From NCBI GenBank assembly GCA_043228905.1, contig JBHGNT010000004.1:16740001-16804000 (forward strand): a stretch of 64,000 nucleotides of DNA, given 5' to 3'. The notes beneath the pieces are model-generated. The model saw only the letters and a program-made list of their open reading frames with translations. It was not told where the DNA came from and did no database searches. Position 1 is the stretch's first letter, and the number at the start of each line of letters is the position of its first letter. Below are positions 1 through 11,842 of the stretch, piece by piece. Position numbers and translations under genes: made by a program. This stretch comes from Azolla caroliniana (lineage: Eukaryota > Plantae > Polypodiophyta).

Positions 1-1513
1 TCCTATTATACCTTTCTCACTTGTTTGCGAAATAGACAATCATTACAAAAAACCAGCTTTGATCCTTTAACATCAAATCTTATTAACGCAGAAAGGACTT
101 CAAGTCCTTTTTGGCTCATATGTCTTAATCTCTTATGCCAAAGCTCTAAACGAGAGTCGAATTCAGCAATAGCAAGAAACTTTCCAGGTAAAGCTTTACA
201 TTGCAAACAATACAGAGTGCCCTTTTTGCAACCTTTCACAATAACCATAGATCCTTTCTTTAGTTTCCATAATCCACCACCGAATAATGTGGTGTGACCA
301 TGCAAATCCATTTGCCCTACAGATAGCAAACTTTTCTTAATGCCAGGTACATACCTAAGCTCTTGACCATTATCCAAAGACAAGTGTATAGTTCCAATAC
401 CATCAATATTGCAAGCACTATTGTTACCAAGATAAACTTTTCCATAACTACCTGCATCAAATGTGGTAAAGCACTCCAAACATGGAGTAACATGAAAAGA
501 AGCCCAGAGTCTACTATCCATGTCTGTGTCAATCCATCATCGATTGACAATAAAGCATCAATAACATCTGTTTTGGTGATTTGCATGTCTTGAACATGAG
601 CTATAAAGGCATCACCTGTAATACAAAGTACATCACCATTTTCACCAGATAGGTCTTCAATGATAACATTTGAAGCCATATTATCTTTCTCTGTTGTATT
701 AAACTTATCATCTTTGTTTTTCTTCTCTCCTACATTCTTCTTCCTTTCTAGTTCCATCTTCCAATATCTACAATCAGGTTTCTTATGAACTTTACGGCCA
801 CAATGATAGCATGTGATATCTTGTTGTTTTCCTTTCCCTCTACTCTTACTTCTATTTCTTTGTCCTACATTTGGGTTCCTCTTATCATATCTCCCCCTAA
901 TATTGTATGCTGAACCACTACCTTCTCCGCTAGATTGTCTTCTAATCTCTTCACTGAGAATAGAGCCCCACACACCATCGAAGGTCAAGGTGGGGCTATT
1001 AGATAGTGAAACAACTAATGTTTCCCACGAATCCGGTAAAGTCATAAGTAGGAAGATAGCTTTGAGCTTGTCATCAAAAGCTGGTAATCCTGAATCTTGT
1101 AGTTGGGAGAGAGTACCTGTGAATAACGATAGATGCTCTGTTGCACCTTTCGACTCATCAAGCCTCATACTGACAAGTTTTCTCATCAAATGCACCTGAT
1201 TCACAGGAGTAGTATTCTCGTAAGTTTTCTTAAGTTTCTCCCAAACTTGATGGGCAGTAGTCAAGCCCTTTACATCTACAATAATTTCATCAGAAACAGC
1301 CATTTTAATATATGTAATGGCTTTCTTATTCAGAGTGTTCCAAGCATCATTTTCCATGCTCTCTGGTTTCTTTTCTACAAAAGCATCTTCACAATCTCTT
1401 AGAAAGAGGATGCCCAGCATACGCTCTTTCCACAATTCGAAATCTTTTCCATCAAATCTCTTGATTTCAAAGAGTTTTTTCACTTCAGCTGAAGTGGAGG
1501 CCATTGCTCCCAA
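1..1513 (-). mobile_element. Ty1/copia gag-pol 5' part: gag, CCHC zinc knuckle, protease, GAG-pre-integrase; frameshifted near 510 and running off the window
   Basis: ORF 317..1513 has copia gag (FDGKDFELWKERM, LLMTLPDSWETLV), CYHCGRKVHKKPDC and WIVDSG. ORF 6..521 continues in another frame with LWHKRLRHMS. Confidence 0.93.
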
Positions 1514-1643
1514 GATTTATTACAGATGCCTTCAGAAATTGAGCAGAATACGAATAGGAAAGGGTCTAACAGATTTTTTTTAATCTGTGTTTTCTGCTGA
1601 TTCTGAATCTAAAGAAAAACAGCAAAGCAGAGGAAAGAGATTT

Positions 1644-1933
1644 GGCTTTGATACCAGTTAAAGGTAAAGAGGGATGTTTGACGGATCAGCTATTGAGAGA
1701 TGACGTTCAGCAAACAGGACTGTAGTAGAGATGAGAGTAGAGACACACAGATCTTTGGTGTACCCAACCGCCTTGATTGGTACACAAGAAAAAAAAGGTT
1801 ATTATATTAGTTAACCTTACAAAGAAAGTGGTGTGTTCACATTACAAAAAGAGGTGTCCTGTCCAGGTGAACAATGTGTTCACATATACGAATAATTACC
1901 TAATTTGTGAACTACGGGCCTTTACACCTAACA
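1644..1933 (-). mobile_element. 5' LTR (~1659-1933) and tRNA-iMet primer-binding site of the copia element at 1-1513
   Basis: The minus strand begins TGTTAGGTGTAAAGGCCC at 1933. TGGTATCAAAGCC (1644-1656) lies between the LTR and gag. Confidence 0.8.
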
Positions 1934-2740
1934 TTCCCTTCACAATCTTTGAGAAAGAGAATGCCTAAAATTCTCTCTTTTCATAAATCAAAACCACTAC
2001 CTTCAAGTCATTAAAGTAGATCTAAAGAAAGGTCAAACCCCAATAAAAGAAGACAGTATAGAGGAGGAATTGCAAACATGGGTAGAAGTTGCTAGAGATT
2101 TTGAAGCTTAAGCTAAGTATTTTAAATAGAAGCAAACAATTAAAGATAGTGTAGTGAAATGCAAACATGGGTAGGAGTGACTAAAGATTTTGAGCATAAA
2201 CTAAGTGTGCTCTAAAAGAAGTAAAAGCAAATGTTCCTTGAATAGATACGTTGGAAGTTATGAATGCATTAATAGAAGTCACCGTCCAAAGGAGAGCTCG
2301 TGCATTGCACAAACAAGACACCAAGAAAACCAAGCTTAAGAGGACACATTATTGACCTTAAGGGGGCGTGTTGAGAATCAAGCTCAACTTGTGTGACCAT
2401 GTGCTTATGAAGAAAAGGACGATATGTGAAAAAGTGTGTGAGCACACTTTATTGTAATCCGTGTAGTTGTTGAGTGTTAATGTGGTCAAAGAATATTGGA
2501 TATTCTTATGACAAAATCGTACTCAAGTGGATATCTTGGTTAGATTCCACCAACACATTTAATATTGCAGTCCCTTGAGGACTTGTATATAAACCCCCTT
2601 TGCCCATTCTATTTTGTTGATGATCTTTAGTTAATTAATATAGCTCTCTTCAGTGCATAAGTTGTCATCCCCCTATGGTGTATTTTCTTATTCTTTTTTG
2701 GTTATTCTCTCTGATTTTCTTCTCTTGCTTATACACCCAC

Positions 2741-2792
<52 letters not shown>

Positions 2793-2852
2793 CGCTTCTG
2801 AATACTCAACTCTACTAGAGTTAGATTCTTTACCGATGCTTTGTCACAAACA
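1934..2852 (+). mobile_element. 3' non-coding end, PPT and 3' LTR (2369-2852) of a second copia-type element
   Basis: PPT AAGGGGGCG is followed by TGTTGAG at 2369 and the LTR ends ...AAACA at 2852. It contains a TATA-like TATATAAA and (CT)n(CA)n. The PPT/LTR junction resembles 55948-55986. Confidence 0.7.
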
Positions 2853-5005
2853 TGGATTATGGATTTAGGTGCATGTTACGCCTATTAAGGAGTGTTTTAT
2901 TACCTTTAATGCAAGCAGCCATGGACATGTATAACTTGGAAATAACCATGCTTGTTCTATTGAAGGTATTGGTACAATGCATCTCATAGTGGATGGTACT
3001 AATGAGGTAATTTTGGATGATGTAAGGTATGGACCAAACATCAAGAAAAGCTTGTTGTCTTTTGCACAAATGGATATGAATGAATATAGTACCCTCTTTG
3101 AGAAAGGGTCATGGAAGCTTATTAAAGTCTCTAGAGTAATTGTTAAAGGCACAAAGAACGGAACTTTGTATTGCTTGCATGGTAAATCTTTGATGGGCAA
3201 GTTTATTGGTTTGGCTGAAATCCATTCACATATGGAATTATGGCATAAAAGGCTTGGCTACATGAACCAAGAACATAAGCTATGTATTTTGGAAATGTTT
3301 GTTAAAGGCTCAAATCTTGATTTCTATAATGAATGCGAATATGGTAAGCAAGTAAACAATTCCTGCCACTCTGGTGTCTCTTGTAAGCCTAATCTTCTTA
3401 ATCTAGTTCATTCTGATGTTTGCAGCATGCCCACCAAATGGATGCGTTTTTATTTTATTTCTTTGGTTGATGACTACTCTAGGAAGCTTTGGGTATATAT
3501 TTGTTAAAAGCTAAGGATGAAGCCTTTGCTACATTTAAGAAATTTCATGTACAGCCACAAGTTAAATCTGATATGAACCTTCAGGATGCATCATGTCTGA
3601 CTGGAAAAGATAATGAACCAGTGGTTATTGCGCCAGATGATGTTGGACAGCAAAATGATGCTCCTGATGGGCATATGCAGACACCTATTCATGCTGAAAA
3701 CAGGGCTGGAAATGATGTACAACATCCCATTAACAATGAAGATGTCAGTGTACCTTCTGATGTAGATCCATTGCTTGATAATGGGGATCATTGGGTAAGA
3801 AGATCTACATGTCCTAGAAGGCAAGTGAATAGATATGACCCCTCTATACATTACATCATGTTATCAGATGAGGGTGAGACTCTTACTTATAAAGAGGCAA
3901 AACTATGTGAGCACAAGAAGAAGTGGGAGTTAGCCATGTAGGAAGAATAAAAATCTTGCATGCAAATGATACTTGGGATTTGGTTGAGTTGCCCAAAGGT
4001 AGGAAGGCCATTCCAAACAAGTGAGTATACAAAATCAAAACTGTTGATGACAAACCCAAGTATATGGCAAGGGTGGTTGCTAAGGGATATGCCCAAAAAG
4101 AGGGCATTGATTTCCAAGAGCTTTTCTTTCTAGTGGTTAAGATGACCACACTACGTGTCTTGTTTTCTTTCACAGCCACCTTGGATCTGGAATTATTCCA
4201 AATGGATGGTAAAACAGCCTTTTTGCATGGTGATTTAGACGAAGAGCTGTACATGAAACAGTCAAAATAAGTTTTTAGTAGGTTCATGTGTAATCTAGGT
4301 AGAGCTCATTGGGAGGCAATCAAATCTATTTTGAAATATTTGAGAAGGGACCAAAGGTAAATGCCTATGTTATGGAAAGTGTCCATTAGAGTTAAAAGGA
4401 TTTTGTGACTCGGACATGGACAAGTTCACAAGTGGCTGTGTATACACCCTTGAAGGTGTACCTATTTCATGGTGCTCTAGACTTCAGAGGATAGTTGCAC
4501 TATCTACTACAGAGGCTGAATATATTTCAGCTACAGAGGCTTCCAAAGAAGCCATTTGGTTAGCCCGCTTGTGCAGTGAGTTTGGGATGCCTGAAAAGGC
4601 AGCTGTTCTTGGATGTGATAGTGAGAGTGCCATATGTTTGGCAAAGAATGCAATGTTTCATGCTCACACAAAGCATATTGTTGTGAGATACAACTTCATC
4701 AGAGAAGTGCTAGAGGATGGCCTAATCACTTTGGTCAAGGTCAATACTCTCACAAAGTGTCTACCCAAGGCACAAGATCAGCTATGTATATAGATGGTGG
4801 GAGTTTCTTTGCTTAAAGGAGCCTCCATGGTCCTTTAAGTGGGAGGTTGTTGGGGATAAAGGCCCTAAGGACTCTCCTGTTTTAGTAAATTTTACCATCC
4901 TCTCCATTTTCTGCACAGTTTTCTCTACTTTCTCTCTCCTCACACAACAGCCCACTCCCTTGGTGTTTTGGATCTGACCACACCATCACATCATCATCTC
5001 TTTCA
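2853..5005 (+). mobile_element. Degenerate, internally deleted Ty1/copia pol (protease, pre-integrase, partial integrase, partial RT, RNase H) with PPT and short 3' LTR (4848-~5005)
   Basis: LWHKRLGY, LVHSDVC, VDDYSRKLWV, ARVVAKGYAQKEGIDF, KTAFLHGDL and VALSTTEAEY. PPT AAGTGGGAGGT is followed by TGTTGGGGATAAAGGCCC, similar to the LTR start at 1933. Confidence 0.9.
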
Positions 5006-5773
5006 AAGGGCATTGTTATAGAGAAAAGAGTGTTATATGTGCGAAAGGAAGGCAACCAGATTTTCTATAAAGATGATGAGGTCATTGTTATAGAGAAAAG
5101 AGTCGTTTGACTGTGTATGTCAACGATGATAAGGGAACTGGCAAACAACCATTAAAAAAGCTCATTACAATCAAATGCTCAACCATGAGAGGTATGTGCG
5201 AGATGTATTTGTGACACTGGCCACTGTTGTCTATGTGTTTCATCCTGAGCAGCAATCCACACACTCCTTGATCATATAGTAGTAAAATTTGTCAACATTG
5301 TGTGACCTATGCAGTTTATTGATGATAATGACAGAGTAGTCACGTATTATGATCCAGTGAGAAAAGCTCAATATCCGCACATTATCTGATGATCGACCTC
5401 TTTGACGTCATTATGAAATTTTTGTAAAGCTTACATGGTCCCATATGACAAAATGTCTACACGTCATTAATGATCTGTGCAGATTCAATGTTAGAAGGAT
5501 GCTAACCCTGGTTAGATGGTGAATGCTGCCGTGATAGTATATATGGGGTGTGCAAATATATGTATGTGCGAGTACATGGGTATGCATTTCAGAGGTTAAC
5601 ATTTCGGTCATTCATACATGTGTTTGTGTGTTATTCATATGCTATGCATGTATATTTTCTATAGATAGATATAGCGTACCACTATGGTACAGACCTAATA
5701 TGGAAAGAGAGATAAATAATGTGTTAATGAGACAAAATCATATGTATCTTCTAAATTTTTATTGTCTCTGTAG

Positions 5774-5985
5774 GCGTAACAATCAAAGTGTGCTTACATG
5801 ATGAAAGTGGCCACTTAATGGATGCGACAGAGCAAAAGACATTCTATACTGATGATGAATTCTATGAATTTCTTAGACGGAGACGATGGATAGCATTGCG
5901 AGATGTGGAGGGTTTTCGAGACATAGATTCTTTGGATGATCTTCATCCGATGCGTGTCTATCAACGATCTCTATCACTTGTGTAG
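5774..5985 (+). CDS. Terminal coding exon of a GT-1/GT-4-clade trihelix transcription factor; upstream exons not found in window
   Basis: Acceptor tttttattgtctctgtAG at 5773, then (G)VTIKVCLHDESGHLMDATEQKTFYTDDEFYEFLRRRRWIALRDVEGFRDIDSLDDLHPMRVYQR. This matches the GT-1 C-terminal pattern (VCHYDES...EEKIFYTEEDYREFLAR.GW...DGFRNI..MDDL.P..VY) from recall. Confidence 0.75.
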
Positions 5986-8574
5986 TTTAGCAACACTTCT
6001 CTCTATCTGCCTCTTTCATAGATTGTGCTCACTCGGCTATAGATTGGTTTTGTAGTCTAAGAAGCTTCTTTCCCTTCATTTTGTTTCAAGCTTCATGTAA
6101 TAGTTGGTTGGTCTATGGCAAAAACTGCAATGCATGTTGGTCAGTCATAGGTCCCTCATACTCCACATTCTTATCTATCTAAGGTACTGTTTTATTATCC
6201 TCGCAACTGATGTACAACCCGTAATTAAAAGAGGGAAAAGAGGTTTATTTGATCAATTTGGTCACAGATTTAAAACTCTTGAAGCATAGTGGAAGAATTG
6301 ATATCCATATCTGGGTGTGATAAAGGGTGATGTCATCGACTGAATAAAACCGATCGAAACGCTTTTGATTTAGTTTTTTTAACTTTGTACACATTGTTTT
6401 GTAATGATATTTATAATGAGATTCTTTCTAGGGTAACGGCGGGTATGTCAAGTGCCAAACAAGAAAGTCATAGGTGTTCTTTATTATGGGCTACAAGCAT
6501 ACGGAAAATCATTCTGTTTTACTGTTTTCTCAAAATGATGATAAAGTTGTAACTAGGGCTTGAGATTAGTTCAACATTTCCAGATGTATTAAATGCATGG
6601 CATCCCTCATGAAAATCTTGTCATGCTCATTTATCACACTGGTTGTATGCAATGCAAAAGCTTGCAGGAATAATGTTTTGATGGAATGCAATGAACGTCT
6701 TTAATACCTCTACTTTGACTTTTGTGGGTTTGAGGGTGTGAGAATGTACTTTAGCCACTTCTGTGAAGGGATGACAGATGGGGTGTCATTCAAAGCTTTG
6801 TTTATGTGGCTGTATGGCAAGTTTAGTCATTACTGAATTGTGGGAAACCTAATTGATAAAGAGCAACTATGGCCCCATCAATAAAGCAATACTTGTTTTA
6901 GACTGCTCTTTTAAGGCTCGGTATTCTATGATCCTAATAAGTTTAAACGATCATCCATCCTCTACATCATGGCTCTTGTTATTGTTTGGGTTCTCATATT
7001 TTTTCTAAATAGTAAATTCATTAAAAAAACTTGCAAGGCATTTACATCAAGGCTACCCCCCAATAATGTTAGCACAATATGCCACTCTACAAAAACCTAA
7101 AAGCTACCTTACTTTCATACAATATAGATGTTGTAATGCTTAGTAACTTTTTTTTTAGATGTGTGGGGTGTGACGTGACTTCATCTTCGACACGACATTC
7201 GAGGCAAGTGTGTATTGCACAATTGCTTATATTCATGGACACATCATAATAATTTTACACACCCAAATAAGAGTTAAATGTTTCGAAACCTAACATGAAT
7301 ATCATCATTAGATGGAGGGGGAAAAAATCAATAATACTCATATTTTCATTTAACGACATCATTTCGTATGGTTATTGCCACTATGTTATAAGGATGTTAA
7401 TCATCATCTAGGAAGGCACATTTATATTTTTTGGGATATGATGGGGGCCAATATTGGGAAGTTAGGTGCTTTTAAAAATTCTCAACGGGGTTATATTAAT
7501 CTTATTAATAGTTTACAAGGTGACTCTATGATGTGTGTATCAATTTGTTTGACCTTCTAGTCTTCGCCAGATGGCCTTATTAGAATTGGCAGAATATGTT
7601 CCATTTTCTTTGTTTTAGGCTTTATCTTACAAATTGATTCATTGTCATAGTTTGGTGACTCGTCATGTAGTCTGTCTTATCTTTGTTTAATTTATTTGGA
7701 TCGTCTTATGCCAATGGTATTCTGTTTAACCCTTGGGTTGCTGAAAGTGATTTGTGCAACCATATTTTCCACAAACACGATTACCTAGAATATGAAAGTT
7801 TTAAGTTAGCTTAACAATGATCCCAAAGTATAATATGATATTTTATTAAATGATGACATCAATCCTGAATGCAAATGGGAACATTTTGAATTATTAACTT
7901 AAACAACAATCTCAAACTAGAACATTATGCTCTATTAATGAATATGAAATTGGACTATGCCCAAAGTAGAAGAGAATTTGTTAATTTTTATTAGCATAAT
8001 ATCAAACTCATTGTGCAAGTCCATAATGGATGGACAAACTTTAAGAGTGCACAGCATAAACTTTGCTTAACACCTTCACATTCAAACTTAAAATTTTATT
8101 GAAGTAAACTAGTAAGTGATAGTTTGTTAAATTGAGTTTGTGTGGATAATCCAAACTATCTTGAAGGATGTACAAAGTCAACAATTTCACATTGTGTGTT
8201 ACCATATAATGTTTGTTGTTTATATTTCCTCGCATCAATACTTTAGTTTTTTTTGTTTGGTATGAGATATATAAGGTATTGTACCATTAAGGGAATGGGA
8301 AGTGCATCCTAGTATGTATTTTTCAACCACTCTCTACATAAATTTTAAAATTTACCATAGATTAGAACACTCACACAACCCTTAAAATGCATTTAAGATG
8401 AAGATTGTACAATGACACTGGTAGATTTATTATTAGAATGCCAACAATCACATTGGAGCTAGCGATGGATCTTAATATTAGTGAAATCCACTACTTAGTA
8501 CACCCTACTTCAATGAAGATTGTAAAATCACCATCATAATGGATCCTAGAAGTTGATACTTAAATGCTAATGAT

Positions 8575-9821
8575 CATGCCAAATGGTAGGGTACAATGTT
8601 AGCTTAGTAAGAGATTGGGAGGTTTTCAAAAGGAAAAGAAGGGAGGATCTGGTTGGTAGTACTAGGTTTACTAGCAGGCTGGAAAAGGTGACCCGTTTGA
8701 TAGATAAGGCCGTTGATGGTCTAGCTAGGTTGAATGAAGAAGAGGGGGTCTTGGTTTGGGTGGTTTGTAGGTGAGGGCGATGCACAAATTATTCGGGGCA
8801 GGTGCCCATCTAATGAGTATCGTTTGTGGGGCAACCTAAGTGCTTTGGCAGACAATGGCCAATGGTTGGTAGTGCAAGTGGCAGTGTTGGAAGGTAAGAA
8901 GTGGCAAGTAAACCCGGACCCAGGGAAGTTTTGGAGGAGACTATGGGCATTTGATATGCTAGAAAAAATAAAGCTTTGGTTGTGGCTTCTTAGTCATAAA
9001 GCGGTACCGGTGGGGGAGTGGCTCAGGTGTCATGGTGGTGAGGCTTGTTGCAAGATATGTGGACACCCTTTGGAATCAATTCCTCACTGTTTTTGGAATT
9101 GCAAAGAGGCTATTAACATTTGGGGTAGAAGTCTCAGGATAGTGGCAACATGTGGCGTGAATGGGTGAGTGGTATGGGAGTCCGTACAAGGGTTGAAGTT
9201 AACAAGCAAAGGTTGGGCTGAACAATTAAACCCCCATGGTCATGGATTTATAGTGCAGGGTGGCAAGGTGTTTCAACGTGTTGGAGTTCGACCTAGCACT
9301 AACGTAGAATTTTTTGAAGAGATATGGATGATGGTGGCTTGTTTATCGGTTTGGCACATTTGACCCAGGCGTTGTAAGTTTGTTTTTCAACAACAAAAGA
9401 TCCCTAACGGTGAGGTGTTGTTAAATATATGGTTTGAGCTGGTATCTTACCTGCGGGGACGATACGACTCGATTCAGGGGGAATCTGATGCAGTTGAAAG
9501 AGCTCGATCAAAGTTCCTGCTTAAATGGGGTAGTTGTCCTATGGTGGGCAGATCATCATCAAAACATGAATGGAACTACCAAGCACCCCGATGGTTGTTT
9601 CCCCCAATGGCTTCCATCAGTGCCCAGGTGCTGTAACTATGTATAGATATGGTACAAATTACTAGGTTATAGGAGTTGTGGATACTTTTGTTGTAAATGA
9701 GGTGGGGACTATGTCCACTTTGGTGAGAAGGCCAGAGTGAGGGTTGCTGAATTTTTGGTGGTCTATGATGTAATTGTTTGCTAACTAATGCGAAGCAGTG
9801 TTTTTTTTGGAAAAAAAGAGA
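8575..9821 (+). mobile_element. 5'-truncated L1-clade LINE (zf-RVT region and 3' UTR) with 9-bp TSD
   Basis: KIKLWLWLLSHKAVPVGEWL..CKICGHPLESIPHCFWNC; A-rich end at 9811-9821; GCTAATGAT flanks both sides (8566-8574 and 9822-9830). Confidence 0.82.
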
Positions 9822-11409
9822 GCTAATGATGGAAGGTGTAAAATGATATTTGACCTTATTTCTATGATCTTCTAAGTTTTGTAATGTACTACTTTGTTTG
9901 GAACTACCACATGCAAAGCAATGACAATTGAAGGTAGGCTAAACAATCATCCTAAATGTTAGTGTGATATATAATATACATTGAAATGCTGAATTTATCT
10001 GAATGAAGATTGTCATCATTCACATTGACAATTGTTATTCAAGTTATTTTAATACAACAATCACATGACACGCCATTTGGAATTATCCTGTATGTGTCGT
10101 GTACAAAGAAAGCAGTCATTAGATTGTATAGCCATTATGTATAACTATTTAGTATTTATAGGAACAATAGAGAGTGTTCTACGGTTAAATCTTCACTTCA
10201 AGAAACTATTGGCACTTTAGTACTCAACAATAATAATATTTTTTCTTTACATTCATTTATTGTTTGTGCCTGGTCAAAATTTTCATGTAATGAGTAACAT
10301 GATATCTGAAATACAAATACTTTACATCAGTTAAAACAACAAGAATTTCGGACGAGATTCCATCAAACATGACAAAGAGTAGCGAAGGTCTATGAGTGTT
10401 CACTAAAACAATGGAGATGGCTTCAACAAGTGAGATTCCAAGGAGAGCAAAGCTAGAGTCATAAGGTAACTTCAACAAGATCAAGTGCACCATGTTCAAA
10501 CTTGATAGTCATCATCCCTCCAACTATAGTAGATTTGCAAGGTCGGAGAAGGTGATGTGTAGAATTATTTTTGGATGAATTGATTGAGTGCTTGACAATG
10601 ATTACACACATGTTAGAACATTCTACAAAACGATTAAAATGTGCAAAGCAAGATTGACTTCAAAACATAAATTGTAGTTAGCATTTGGGTGGATGTTGAG
10701 CAAGTGAACACAAAGGTGTTTAGTTAGAAGGACAAACAAACGTTTAGAGTTAATGATAGTTCTTAGCGTTACCCCAATAGGATTGGGGACAAATCAACAT
10801 TCAAGCACAAACTCTACCTTATTTAGTAGAAGGGGTAGATATTGCAAAGTGAAAGGCCAAGGCTCTCGTGGGCTAGCTAGACTTCTCTTGGATCCAAGCT
10901 AACTAGGAATGCATCCATGAATTCGGTTAAAACATAATATTGGGGTTATAACCATTGTGGGAAGCAAATACTGCAAAGCTGGCCAACCTTAGTTAACACC
11001 TAGGTTGCTCAAAAGACAATTCTTAGCAAGATTTTCCTACAAGTGATGGAGTGAAAATAACAATTCTTGGATATCTCGACAAGAATGAATCGGTGGAGCA
11101 ACGAATCGGTTTTGAGTTGAATAGTTCAAAAGTTGAGTTGTGGAAACCATAAGGGTTTAGTCACTTATGATAGACTTAGATATCTTGTCAAGTGCATGAT
11201 ATGGTCAAGAAACCCCGTCCATTCCACCGATAAATGCTTAGCTGAAGCTTGAGCTTGAGAACCCAAAAATGCTCACCTTAAGATAAAATATAAACTCAAA
11301 AACTTCAATACCAATCCAACACATCAAATCTAGAGAGAGAGATTTTATTATCATCTTCGGAGGTCAAATAGGACCTATGAGACCAAAAATATTACATTTC
11401 ACATAATAC

Positions 11410-11842
11410 TGTCAAGACAGGGAGAGAGAGGGAGAGAGATAGAGAGATGATTGAAAGAGAATTATTATATTGAAGAGTAAAATGGATTACAAAGAGTAGG
11501 CTACAAAATGGCGTTGAACCAATTTAGGTTTGGGATGAGTGGTAGATCCCTATTTATAAGTACTAAAGAACACTCTAGAATATTCTAGGTTATCCTAAAA
11601 TGTAAAGTAATCTAGAAGACCTCTAGAGTAATCTAGAAGGTTCTAGTGGTATAGAACACTCTAGAATATTCTAGGTCATTCTAGAATGTAGAGTAATATA
11701 GAATATTCCTATTTTATTACATTTCATATTCTAAAAACTATACACATAAGAATATTAATACAATGGTTAAGGATTTGACATGTGTACAACAAGGTCGTGG
11801 GTTCAAATCTTTTCGATGCATGATGTGAGTGTTATCATGACA
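11410..11842 (-). mobile_element. 3' LTR of Ty3/gypsy chromovirus
   Basis: TGTCA...TGACA termini; purine tract AAAAGGGATAG (minus strand, 11843-11853) adjoining the chromodomain ORF; similar to LTRs at ~52214-52671 and 62742-63118. Confidence 0.85.

Noticed and set aside
6300-8560. Short ORFs in AT-rich DNA (also 9830-11400)
   Set aside because: No recognisable motifs or consistent splice structure; left unannotated.
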